From a bacterium (GTDB lineage: Bacteria; Zhuqueibacterota; Zhuqueibacteria; Residuimicrobiales; Krinioviventaceae), in contig OY843751.1 in NCBI GenBank assembly GCA_963693055.1, positions 1,728,001-1,792,000 of the forward strand: 64,000 bases of DNA, given 5' to 3'. The position numbers and the translations under genes are program-made. Positions within the stretch are counted from its first letter, which is position 1. Each line of letters starts with the position of its first letter. The notes under the pieces are model-generated. The model was given only the letters and a program-made list of their open reading frames with translations, was not told the origin of the DNA and made no database searches. This document shows positions 1 through 9,108 of this stretch, piece by piece.

Positions 1-118
1 ATTGCAGGGGTTTAAAAATAACCAGTAATTGATGCTCAATCTATCAATGGGGTAAATCCTATATTTGATAATTGCCTTTTATAAAACACCAAATTTTTAA
101 TTTTCTAGGAGGGAGAAA

Positions 119-2452
119 ATGTTTAAAAGAATCAGCTTGTTAATCTTGATCATTAGCTGCAGTCTTTTAGCGACAACCATTGATGACAAAGTATTGTTTT
201 TGGATGGGGATGGAGATTATCTTCACCTACCGCAACCTATTGTCAATTCCAGTGCATTTACAATCGAGGGATATGCATATATGAATGGATCCGGAGGAGG
301 TGTCTGGAGCCAGAATCCGTTTTTCCAACAGAGAAGCCCATATCTGGGGGATGTTGATAGATCAACTTTGATTTTTGTAACAGAAAACCAACATGGTGAA
401 ATCGGTATGGGGGTGGCGTCCATTGGTTATTCTTATCAAGATTATCAGTATAATCCCAGAGCCGATTACGGTGAGTGGCACCATTATGCATATGTAATTA
501 CCGGAGACAATGTTTGTATTTATCTAGATGGAGTAAAAATATTAGAAGATGTATGCAATCAACATGGTGATTATACATCAGAGATATATTTCACTGATAT
601 TGGTCGTCATACTATGGTTGATACTGATTATGGATTTTTTAATGGAATGCTAAATGAAATGCGAATTTGGAACAGGGAACTGAGCCAAAGTGAGATCCAG
701 GAATTGAATTTGGGCCCGATTGATCTGGATACATTTGATTCATCTGAAAAAGGTCTTGTTGCTTATTGGCGTTTTGATGAAATTAAATATCTGGGCACGG
801 AAGATGGTATTGTTCGGAGAATTGCGGATTTATCCGGAAATAACAATACAGGTACGCTTGTAGATGATGCTGTTATTATTGGTAATACCGAATCGATTAG
901 TGCGAATAAAATCAAAGTAGAATCTGTAATATACAATGAAAATGATGTTGCGTTTGTTCCAATAAATGTTGATTTTTCTGAAATAACAGGATTTAACACA
1001 ATCACTTTTAGTATTGAAAAGTCTGACAAGCTGGAACTACTTCAGATCATTCCTAATTCTCAACTTTTATCCATACCCAATACTGATATTACTTTTGAAA
1101 GTGTTGAAAATTCAACGGTGATAACCGTACAATGTAGTGAGCCCATTTTACCAAAAGGTCTGCTTGTATGGTTGAAAATGTCTGTTCTTGATAATAACAG
1201 TGATTTTATCAATGTTAACCTTGATGCCGCAGAGGTTGGGGGACTTGGTGAAGCTCCATTGAAAATTTCAGGAGCTGTAGTAAAATCAACTGTAACCAAA
1301 TCCGGAGACGTATATTACGATGGCATTGTTGATATGAATGATTGCAAAACAATACTTGAACATGTATTGGGAATGTATGAAATTGATCCGGATTTGTTTA
1401 ATGCTGCAGATGTTAATCAGGATGGTTCTATAACATCTCTGGATGCCAGTATTATTCTACAATATATTAATGGACTTATTGATAACCTACCGGTGCCTTA
1501 TACAACCAATATGTACCCCAGCTCAGGTTCTATCAATTTAGGAGATCCCATCCCAGGAGCCGGTCAACTTGTTTCGATTCCAATTGTTATGAATCAAGGG
1601 GATAATATCTTTTCATTGTTTTGTGAAATAAGCTTTGATAGTGAGAATTACACCTTTAATGGATTTAATATGATTTACAATATCGTTCAATTATATTCAC
1701 GTGTATCTGACGGTTGTTTAAAATGGAGTTTTGCACTGGCTGAACCTCTTTCAGGAAATGCTATTTTGGGTTATATGCAATTCACAAAAAATAATGTTGA
1801 TGCCGGTAGTGCTATACTTGCAAGTGATATTTGCTTGAATGAAATCAATAGTACCGTCCCGGTAGAAATGTCCTCCTTTACGGCTTATAATGAGGATGGT
1901 TGTGTTTTACTCCAGTGGACAACAAAGACAGAAACCAATAATTTGGGATTCCATTTATATCGGTCAAGTACCTCAGAAGGTCCATGGACAAAAATTAATT
2001 CATCTATAATCCCAGGTAATTGCACTTCGTTAATAGAAAATAAATATACATTTGTAGACACTGATATTGAAAATTTTTCAAAAGTTTATTATAAAATAGA
2101 GCAATTGGATACGGATGGCAGTACAGTTTCTTTTGGCCCCGTGGAACTGGAAGTTGGAGATGGTACTGTACCTAGTCGTTTTGCATTAAAACAAAATTAT
2201 CCGAATCCATTTAATTCAAATACAATTATAGAATATAATGTACCCAGATCCGCTTATGTTAATGTTTCCATTTTTAATACAAGGGGACAATTGGTTAGGG
2301 AACTTTTAAATGCCAATCAATCAGCAGGGAATCATGATCTCGTGTGGCATGGAACTGATCAATTTGGCAATGTGGTCTCTTCCGGTGTTTATTTGGTAAG
2401 AATGACCGCGGGGAATTATAATAATACATTAAAAATGCTTTATGTGAAATAA
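119..2452 (+). CDS. Secreted modular protein: LamG-like domain, cohesin-like/dockerin/cohesin-like modules, C-terminal FlgD-Ig/secretion-type domain
   Basis: Signal peptide; LamG motifs WHHYAYV and FFNGMLNEMRIWNRELS; paired dockerin loops GDVYYDGIVDMND and ADVNQDGSITSLD; PVEMSSF and LKQNYPNPFN...SSGVY C-terminus; AGGAGG RBS. Confidence 0.8.
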   Translation: MFKRISLLILIISCSLLATTIDDKVLFLDGDGDYLHLPQPIVNSSAFTIEGYAYMNGSGGGVWSQNPFFQQRSPYLGDVDRSTLIFVTENQHGEIGMGVASIGYSYQDYQYNPRADYGEWHHYAYVITGDNVCIYLDGVKILEDVCNQHGDYTSEIYFTDIGRHTMVDTDYGFFNGMLNEMRIWNRELSQSEIQELNLGPIDLDTFDSSEKGLVAYWRFDEIKYLGTEDGIVRRIADLSGNNNTGTLVDDAVIIGNTESISANKIKVESVIYNENDVAFVPINVDFSEITGFNTITFSIEKSDKLELLQIIPNSQLLSIPNTDITFESVENSTVITVQCSEPILPKGLLVWLKMSVLDNNSDFINVNLDAAEVGGLGEAPLKISGAVVKSTVTKSGDVYYDGIVDMNDCKTILEHVLGMYEIDPDLFNAADVNQDGSITSLDASIILQYINGLIDNLPVPYTTNMYPSSGSINLGDPIPGAGQLVSIPIVMNQGDNIFSLFCEISFDSENYTFNGFNMIYNIVQLYSRVSDGCLKWSFALAEPLSGNAILGYMQFTKNNVDAGSAILASDICLNEINSTVPVEMSSFTAYNEDGCVLLQWTTKTETNNLGFHLYRSSTSEGPWTKINSSIIPGNCTSLIENKYTFVDTDIENFSKVYYKIEQLDTDGSTVSFGPVELEVGDGTVPSRFALKQNYPNPFNSNTIIEYNVPRSAYVNVSIFNTRGQLVRELLNANQSAGNHDLVWHGTDQFGNVVSSGVYLVRMTAGNYNNTLKMLYVK

Positions 2453-2461
2453 GGAAAATTT

Positions 2462-2520
2462 TCCGGTATTTACAAGATGCTTTTCAAAAAAAGCAGATAC
2501 TATAAATACCGGATTTTTTT
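2462..2520 (+). terminator. Probable terminator hairpin
   Basis: TCCGGTATTTA...TAAATACCGGA inverted repeat followed by a T run. Confidence 0.5.
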
Positions 2521-2666
2521 ACAAATTTATTAAGGGCTAAACTACGACATATCGGCGACAGCGTAAGAGGTAGTTGATTTAAATTTTTGACCTGTATTAT
2601 TGAATCAGGAATTGTAAATTCAGGGGTTCATTTCCGAGCGATAGTTTATAAGCAATTTAATATAAA

Positions 2667-3386
2667 TTATTCATTCAACAAATTTGCAATTTCTTTACTT
2701 ATTTCATCTGCCAGTTTGTTATAGCCATCCTGATTATAGTGTACATTACCCTTGGATGCACTATACTTTTCAAGCTCTGGTTCAATCAGGTTATACAAGT
2801 CAATAACCGGGATATTGTTTTCTTGCATGATCTTTTTTGCAATATTGTTTCTATCAATTACAACCTGGTTTTTTTTTGGATCTAACTTTAGATCAGGTTC
2901 ATCTGACGGGAAGGGAGTTGTCTAGGAATAGACCAGTTTGCAATTTCTGGATTTTTCAGATTTAAGAAATTTAACAAATTTTCTCAAGCTCTTTTCATAT
3001 TGGCTATTGTCAAGATGCTAGCCATGAAGTCCATTATTAAAATGTATTAATACATGGTTTTAATTTGCCATAGCAATTTTTGATTCAATCATCAATGATG
3101 GATCTGCAATGGATCTGGATGTGGCGTATCGATCGCAATTGCCTTGCGGCAGCTTTTCTGAAACTGCTTTATAGTATCCTCTTGAAATAGAATCCCCAAT
3201 AAACAATACACGGGGCTTTTCTGTATCGGGTTCATTTGCCCACCAGAAATCGCACCACTCGATTTTTTCACGAATTACTTGTGCTTTCGTGCAACCTGCT
3301 ATAATAAAACCCGTTAATAATATAAAATAAAGTGTTTTTGAAGAAATTATCCTGTTCCATTGAAACCCGGGCATCGCGTTTTTCAT
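2667..3386 (-). pseudogene. SGNH/GDSL hydrolase lipoprotein with three in-frame stops
   Basis: Lipobox IAGC, VLFIGDSIS; the same frame continues past TAA 3060-3062, TAG 3018-3020 and TAG 2922-2924 through IHFNNGLHG, IPVIDLY and NVHYNQDGY to TAA 2667-2669. Confidence 0.85.
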
Positions 3387-3507
3387 TACTTATTCCTTTT
3401 AATTGTTAATTTTTCAGTATGTTTAAAAAGGAATAAAATAATTTGATAAAAATCAATATAATATTTCATTGAAAAATACAGATCCATTTCAATCAAAATA
3501 TATATCA

Positions 3508-3536
3508 TTGCATTTTTCCGGTATTTGTGATATACT
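3508..3536 (+). promoter_or_regulatory. Sigma70-type promoter
   Basis: TTGCAT-N17-TATACT with extended -10 TG. Confidence 0.5.
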
Positions 3537-3780
3537 TACTAGTCACATGAGATAATATATGTAAAGGGGGGGTAAATTAATCAAAGACAATATTACTGCA
3601 TTCTCTGATAAGGTAGTGTAAGGATGGAAATTTATAAATATTAATGCGGGAAAATTATGATCTGTCTATAAATATTCCGGTTTATACGTTTGAGGCATGA
3701 AATATTTTTTAATCAATATCAATGTTTTTAAAAAGATTTAAGAGTAAGTTGGAATAAAAGATAATAATTTAAGGTACAAT

Positions 3781-4284
3781 GTGACAAAAATTTTTATGTA
3801 TATATGGATTTTTCTCCTATTAGTAAATTTTATACTTTTATTTGTAAAGATGTTTTCTATTTCTGAAACCCATGTTAAATTTGGAATAGGAATTAAATTT
3901 CTTTTTTTACATTTTTTTGTTATCATGTCTTTAGGATATTATTTTTCTGTCATTGAACCATTTTTTTTGAATGGAAAAGAACCTAATCTGAACGCTACTA
4001 TTCTGTTGCTATTTTCCATTTTGGGAGTTTATGTTGGATTTAGCTTTCGATTTCAATGTAAGGGAAAGTATTATATATGGTTCAACGGCCTATATATTCG
4101 AAAAGTATCTTCCGATACCATCAAATATATTATTTTCTATGTGAAAAAGGGACAAACACAAAAAATTAAGTTTGTTAGAGATGGAAAGAATATTACTTTT
4201 CGATTTGGGAATTATTTTGAATATGTTATTTATAAATTTGCACATGAAAACAAAATTCATATAAAAAGAAAAAAATATAGTTGA
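3781..4284 (+). CDS. Hypothetical membrane protein
   Basis: Very AT-rich ORF, about three hydrophobic segments and a basic C-terminus. Confidence 0.55.
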   Translation: MTKIFMYIWIFLLLVNFILLFVKMFSISETHVKFGIGIKFLFLHFFVIMSLGYYFSVIEPFFLNGKEPNLNATILLLFSILGVYVGFSFRFQCKGKYYIWFNGLYIRKVSSDTIKYIIFYVKKGQTQKIKFVRDGKNITFRFGNYFEYVIYKFAHENKIHIKRKKYS

Positions 4285-4324
4285 ATTTTAGTATGTATAG
4301 ATGGCGATTTGTCCATCTTTTTTA

Positions 4325-5755
4325 GGAAGTGTAAAGATTTTTGTGTAAATCATGAACAAGGGTTCAATAACCCGTAGGGTTATTGAATTTCGATCGCTGA
4401 TTGATTTGCACACACTTTTCCAAGGGACTGTAAATTCGCTTGTGTTTTAAAAACAAATATTACATTTTATTAAATACAGGAGAATTTACCAATGAAACTT
4501 ACACCTGAAATTATTAAACAACTTGAAAAAGATTTTGAAAATTGCAAGACAGCAGACGATCTGCTGGGCAAAAATGGTCTGGTCAAGAATTTGATTAAGG
4601 GCATATCAGACCAAATTATGGAAGCTGAAATGACCCAGCACTTGGGCTATGAGAGACATTCTTCAGAAGGTGATAACAGTGGCAATAGTAGAAACGGTCA
4701 CAGCAGCAAAACAGTGAAGACAGATTTTGGTGAAATTGACATCAAAATCCCCCGTGATCGGAATGGAGAATTTGACCCGGTACTTGTCAAAAAGCACCAG
4801 CGTGATCTGGGCAAAATAGATGAAATTATCGTTGCCTTATATGCCAAAGGTCTGAGTACAAGAGACATCAAAGACCACCTGGAAACACTTTACGGCCTGG
4901 ACGCTTCCCCAACATTTATTTCCAATGTTACCGAACGGGTACGCGAGCTTGTCGTTGAATGGCAGTCAAGACCGTTGGATAGCGTTTATCCTATTGTTTA
5001 TTTGGATGCTATCCACTATAAGATACGTGACGAAGGGCGTATTATAAACAAGGCCGCCTATACTGTACTGGGAATCAATGGTGAAGGCTTTAAGGATTTA
5101 CTTGGTATTTGGATCGACCAGTCCGAGGGCGCCAATTTCTGGCTGTCTGTTTTAACCGATATACGAAACCGTGGGGTTGAAGATATTCTGATTGCATGCG
5201 TAGATGGGCTGAAAGGCTTTCCGGATGCTATTGCCAGCATTTTTCCCGATACTGAAGTCCAGCTTTGTATCATCCATCAAATCCGTAACTCGCTTCGTTA
5301 TGTTGCATCAAAACATCAAAAAGAATTTATCAAAGATCTGAAGCTGGTTTATCAAAGCACAACTAAAGAAAACGCTGAACTGCAACTGGATCGCCTTGAA
5401 CAAAAATGGGGGGTCAAATATCCCATTGTTATCAATTCCTGGAGAAAAAACTGGGACAACCTGTCCAACTATTTTAAATATCCCGAAGAAATTCGGCGAA
5501 TGATCTATACCACAAATAGTGTAGAGGCTCTGCACCGACAGCTTCGCAAAGTCACTAAAACCAAATCTCTGTTCCCCCACGATGATGCGTTGAAAAAAAT
5601 GCTGTTTCTGGCCTACAGGGATATTGCTAAAAAATGGTCGCAGCCCATCAGAAACTGGGCCTTTGTTGTTTCTCAATTTTCTATTATATTTAAAGACAGG
5701 ATGAAAATCCAAATATAGCACTACTATTCATTTACACAAAAAAGTTTACAGTCTC
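4325..5755 (+). mobile_element. Complete IS256-family insertion sequence
   Basis: Imperfect 26-bp terminal IRs (GGAAGTGTAAAGATTTTTGTGTAAAT / rc GAGACTGTAAACTTTTTTGTGTAAAT); 8-bp direct repeat CTTTTTTA at 4317-4324 and 5756-5763. Confidence 0.95.
4492..5718 (+). CDS. IS256-family (Mutator) DDE transposase
   Basis: NSRNG, IPRDRNGEF, YLDA, DGLKGF, QLCIIHQIRN, YTTNSVE motifs. Confidence 0.97.
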   Translation: MKLTPEIIKQLEKDFENCKTADDLLGKNGLVKNLIKGISDQIMEAEMTQHLGYERHSSEGDNSGNSRNGHSSKTVKTDFGEIDIKIPRDRNGEFDPVLVKKHQRDLGKIDEIIVALYAKGLSTRDIKDHLETLYGLDASPTFISNVTERVRELVVEWQSRPLDSVYPIVYLDAIHYKIRDEGRIINKAAYTVLGINGEGFKDLLGIWIDQSEGANFWLSVLTDIRNRGVEDILIACVDGLKGFPDAIASIFPDTEVQLCIIHQIRNSLRYVASKHQKEFIKDLKLVYQSTTKENAELQLDRLEQKWGVKYPIVINSWRKNWDNLSNYFKYPEEIRRMIYTTNSVEALHRQLRKVTKTKSLFPHDDALKKMLFLAYRDIAKKWSQPIRNWAFVVSQFSIIFKDRMKIQI

Positions 5756-5835
5756 CTTTTTTATTTTTCATTAATTAGTTATATTTGATTTTTGTTTGAT
5801 TATAGATTTATTCTCATTCTCAATCCTGAATAATA

Positions 5836-5863
5836 TTGTATTTTCAGGCGTTTGTGATATACT
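5836..5863 (+). promoter_or_regulatory. Sigma70-type promoter for uxaA
   Basis: TTGTAT-N16-TATACT with extended -10 TG. Confidence 0.5.
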
Positions 5864-5884
5864 ATTTAAAAGTATTGAGGAAAG

Positions 5885-7534
5885 ATGAATACCGGAGCTG
5901 TATTACTTATCCATAAAAATGATAATGTTGCAGTGGCTCTGCGGCCACTTGTGGCAGGGGAGCGTGTCAATGCTGGGGATAAATCTGTTATTATAAAAAA
6001 TGATATTCCTGCCAAGCATTCTATTGCTTTGCGGGACATGCCTGCATCAAATCCTATAATTATGCACGGTATTTTGGTTGGCGAGACGACTTGTCCTGTT
6101 AAATCCGGAGAGCGTTTAGGTACACATAATCTCGTGCACAAGACCGCAGGGTTCGAGTATCGCGGAGTTGTGCAGCAATGGACGCCACCGGATGTGTCTA
6201 CTCTGCAGGATTTAACCTTTATAGGCTATATGCGTAAAAATGGTTCTGTGGGTACGGCTAATAACTGGATTGTGGCGCCGCTGGTGTTTTGTGAAAATGA
6301 AAATATCCTGAAACTGAAAACGGCTTTTGAGGCTATTAACGGACTGCACGGACGATCCCGACACCGTCAGCTTGCAGACCAGTTGTCCCATGCCTGGAGC
6401 TCCGGTACGAGTGTGGATGAATTGACATCACTTGATTTTACCTACAGTGCAGAATCTAACCAGTCCCTTTTCCCGAATGTGGACGGTATCAAGTTTCTTA
6501 CGCATGAATCCGGTTGCGGTGGAACACGTAAAGACGCACATGATTTGTGCGCTCTTTTGGCGGGATACATCACGCATCCCAATACCGCCGGGGCGACTAT
6601 ACTCAGCCTGGGCTGCCAGAACGCTCAGATACTGGACTTATATGAAGCAATTCATGCGCATGATCCTCAATTCAACAAACCTTTGTATATACTGGACCAG
6701 CAGCAGTACGGAAGGAGTGAATATTTGCTGGATGACGCTGTGTGTAAAACGTTTGCGGGACTCGTTGAGGCGAACGAAGCAGAACGGCAACCTGTACCTG
6801 TCAACAAACTGGTGATTGGTGTAGAGTGTGGAGGCTCTGACGGATTTTCCGGTATAACCGCTAATCCATTAATGGGCCGTATTGCTGACAGGATTGTCGC
6901 TGTTGGGGGCAGCGTGATTCTGGGCGAATTTCCCGAGTTTGGAGGTGCAGAGCAATCCCTGATCGATCGCTGCATGGATAAAGAGACAGCAGAACGGTTT
7001 ATTAAGTTGTATCGGGATTATGAAGCGCGAGCCCGTTCGGTAGGTGCGGGATTCGATATGAATCCGTCACCAGGTAACATTCGAGAAGGATTAATCACTG
7101 ACGCCATGAAATCCGCCGGAGCAGTAACAAAAGGCGGCACATCGCCGGTAACAGATATTCTTGATTATCCGGAATATGTTACTAAAGAAGGACTCAGTTT
7201 GCTGTTGACCCCGGGCAACGATGTGGAATCCACAACCGCGCTGGTAGCTGCCGGGGCAAATGTAGTGCTGTTCTCAACAGGACTCGGAACGCCCACGGGG
7301 AACCCAATTGTACCAGTGATCAAGATTGCCAGTAACACGCAGACTGCGCGACGTATGGCAGATATCATTGATTTTGACGCTGGCGGGTTAATTGACGGGG
7401 GAAAATCCATGGAAGCATTGGCAGATGAATTGATCCAAATGATTATCAATACTGCCGGTGGAGAGTATAATCCCAAAGCTGTACAAAACCACCAGGATGA
7501 TTTTATCCCATGGAAGCGGGATGTTTCGTTGTAA
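5885..7534 (+). CDS. uxaA: Altronate dehydratase (UxaA family)
   Basis: N-terminal SAF domain DNVAVAL, THESGCGG, LSLGCQ, ECGGSDGFSGITANP, NPSPGN. Confidence 0.9.
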   Translation: MNTGAVLLIHKNDNVAVALRPLVAGERVNAGDKSVIIKNDIPAKHSIALRDMPASNPIIMHGILVGETTCPVKSGERLGTHNLVHKTAGFEYRGVVQQWTPPDVSTLQDLTFIGYMRKNGSVGTANNWIVAPLVFCENENILKLKTAFEAINGLHGRSRHRQLADQLSHAWSSGTSVDELTSLDFTYSAESNQSLFPNVDGIKFLTHESGCGGTRKDAHDLCALLAGYITHPNTAGATILSLGCQNAQILDLYEAIHAHDPQFNKPLYILDQQQYGRSEYLLDDAVCKTFAGLVEANEAERQPVPVNKLVIGVECGGSDGFSGITANPLMGRIADRIVAVGGSVILGEFPEFGGAEQSLIDRCMDKETAERFIKLYRDYEARARSVGAGFDMNPSPGNIREGLITDAMKSAGAVTKGGTSPVTDILDYPEYVTKEGLSLLLTPGNDVESTTALVAAGANVVLFSTGLGTPTGNPIVPVIKIASNTQTARRMADIIDFDAGGLIDGGKSMEALADELIQMIINTAGGEYNPKAVQNHQDDFIPWKRDVSL

Positions 7535-7746
7535 AAAAAGAAATGATGTTGTGGTTTCAAAGAGTACGATAAATTTAATAAATAATGTAACAAATAAACC
7601 ACAAATATATTCGCCAGTAGGCGAACACGCGCTGACGAAAACAGATTTAAAATGAATTTTCCTTCGACGAAATTTTATTTCGAGCGCAGTAATTAATTGC
7701 AATAATCATGGTGATTCCAGTTGTTAAAATATTTTGAATTGATAGC

Positions 7747-8181
7747 ATGATCACGAATATTGGAGATATGGAAATGTTGGAGAAAAAATACGGTTCTTGT
7801 CTTTGTGGAAAAGTAAAATTTGAAATAGATGGGGAATTTGAAAATTTTTATCTATGTCATTGTAAGCGCTGTCGTAAAGATACAGGCTCTGCACATGCTG
7901 CTAATCTTTTTTCAACAACTGCGAGTATAACTTGGATATCTGGGAAAGACCTTGTGAAAGCATATACGGTACCCAATTCACAGCATAAAAAAGCTTTTTG
8001 TTCTGAATGTGGTTCCGCATTACCCAATCTTCAAATGGATGGTGAGCTTTTAGTAGTACCTGCAGGCTGTTTGGATAGTTATTTGCCCATAGTACCGGAT
8101 GCACATATTTTTGTTACCAGTAGAGCTGAATGGGATAACGATCTGGAAAAATTGTCCAAATTTGACCAATTGCCAGAATAA
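7747..8181 (+). CDS. GFA/CENP-V family protein
   Basis: GSCLCG, CHCKRCRK and FCSECGS Zn motifs; true start may be 7768 or 7774. Confidence 0.9.
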   Translation: MITNIGDMEMLEKKYGSCLCGKVKFEIDGEFENFYLCHCKRCRKDTGSAHAANLFSTTASITWISGKDLVKAYTVPNSQHKKAFCSECGSALPNLQMDGELLVVPAGCLDSYLPIVPDAHIFVTSRAEWDNDLEKLSKFDQLPE

Positions 8182-8239
8182 TGTTTCAGTTTTTTTATAT
8201 TTTTTTAAAATTACCTCTGGTTAAAATAAAAAAAATATT

Positions 8240-9019
8240 ATGAAAATAAAATTATATTCGCCATCACTGCCATTGGCAGCGTATATAAAATATTTTTGGG
8301 TATTAGAATCCTGTGGAGAGACACATTCCGAATTGGTATATCCTACCGGAAATTTTCAATTACTCTTTCATTACAAAATTCCTTTTTGCAATGTGTTTGC
8401 AAACGGAACGAAAATACCGCAGGCACAGTTCCTGGTGTCGGGACAGAAATCCAGTTATTCCAATGTAATGACATATCAGCAGCATGGCGTTGTTGGTGTG
8501 GAGTTGTATCCTTTTGCTGCATTTGCATTTTTCCCGTTTCCGTTATCTGAATTTTTAAATCAGGCTCCAGAGTTGTCAGATATTTACAGTGATTGGAATC
8601 ATTATATATGGGAATTCCTGGATTGTGAGAACGCACAGGAACGTATTCAAATAGTTGAATCCTTTCTGAACAGCAAATTGTATAAAAGTGATCAAAGGGA
8701 TTTTAGACTGGTACAATCCTGTTTGGTTGAAATGGCGAAGGAAAATGGTCAGATTGCTATTCATCAACTTGGGCAACAATACAATTTATCTGAACGATCT
8801 CTTGAACGGTTGTTCAATCAACAGGTTGGGATTTCCCCAAAGAAATATAGTGAGATTTTGAAATTTAATAACGCAATGGATCTGATCAAATCACAAACTC
8901 ATTTGTCGCTTACTGAGATAGGGTATCTGTCCGGATATTATGATCAGTCTCATTTTATTAAAAGCTGTAAGCAATATAGCGGACAAACCCCATCATCCCT
9001 TCGCAAACTCTGTGCATAA
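8240..9019 (+). CDS. AraC-family regulator (DUF6597-type N-terminus)
   Basis: LERLFNQQVGISPK and GYYDQSHFIK HTH motifs. Confidence 0.9.
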   Translation: MKIKLYSPSLPLAAYIKYFWVLESCGETHSELVYPTGNFQLLFHYKIPFCNVFANGTKIPQAQFLVSGQKSSYSNVMTYQQHGVVGVELYPFAAFAFFPFPLSEFLNQAPELSDIYSDWNHYIWEFLDCENAQERIQIVESFLNSKLYKSDQRDFRLVQSCLVEMAKENGQIAIHQLGQQYNLSERSLERLFNQQVGISPKKYSEILKFNNAMDLIKSQTHLSLTEIGYLSGYYDQSHFIKSCKQYSGQTPSSLRKLCA

Positions 9020-9108
9020 AATATTTGATTCCTTTTGTCGGGTTTTTACAATTTTTTTTAGTTCGTATTCCATAATTTTACTGATGTTAAAATGAGGAGA
9101 ATTGGATT

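Noticed and set aside
2667-3386. Genome-wide stop codon reassignment (TAG/TAA)
   Set aside because: Conserved genes end properly at TAG (amn, tuf, rpmG) and TAA (ftsZ, queA), and no other gene shows internal stops
3500-5865. Similar TTTGTGATATACT sequences at about 3524 and 5851 as mobile element ends
   Set aside because: Better explained as two extended -10 promoters; the IS ends and target duplication are defined separately
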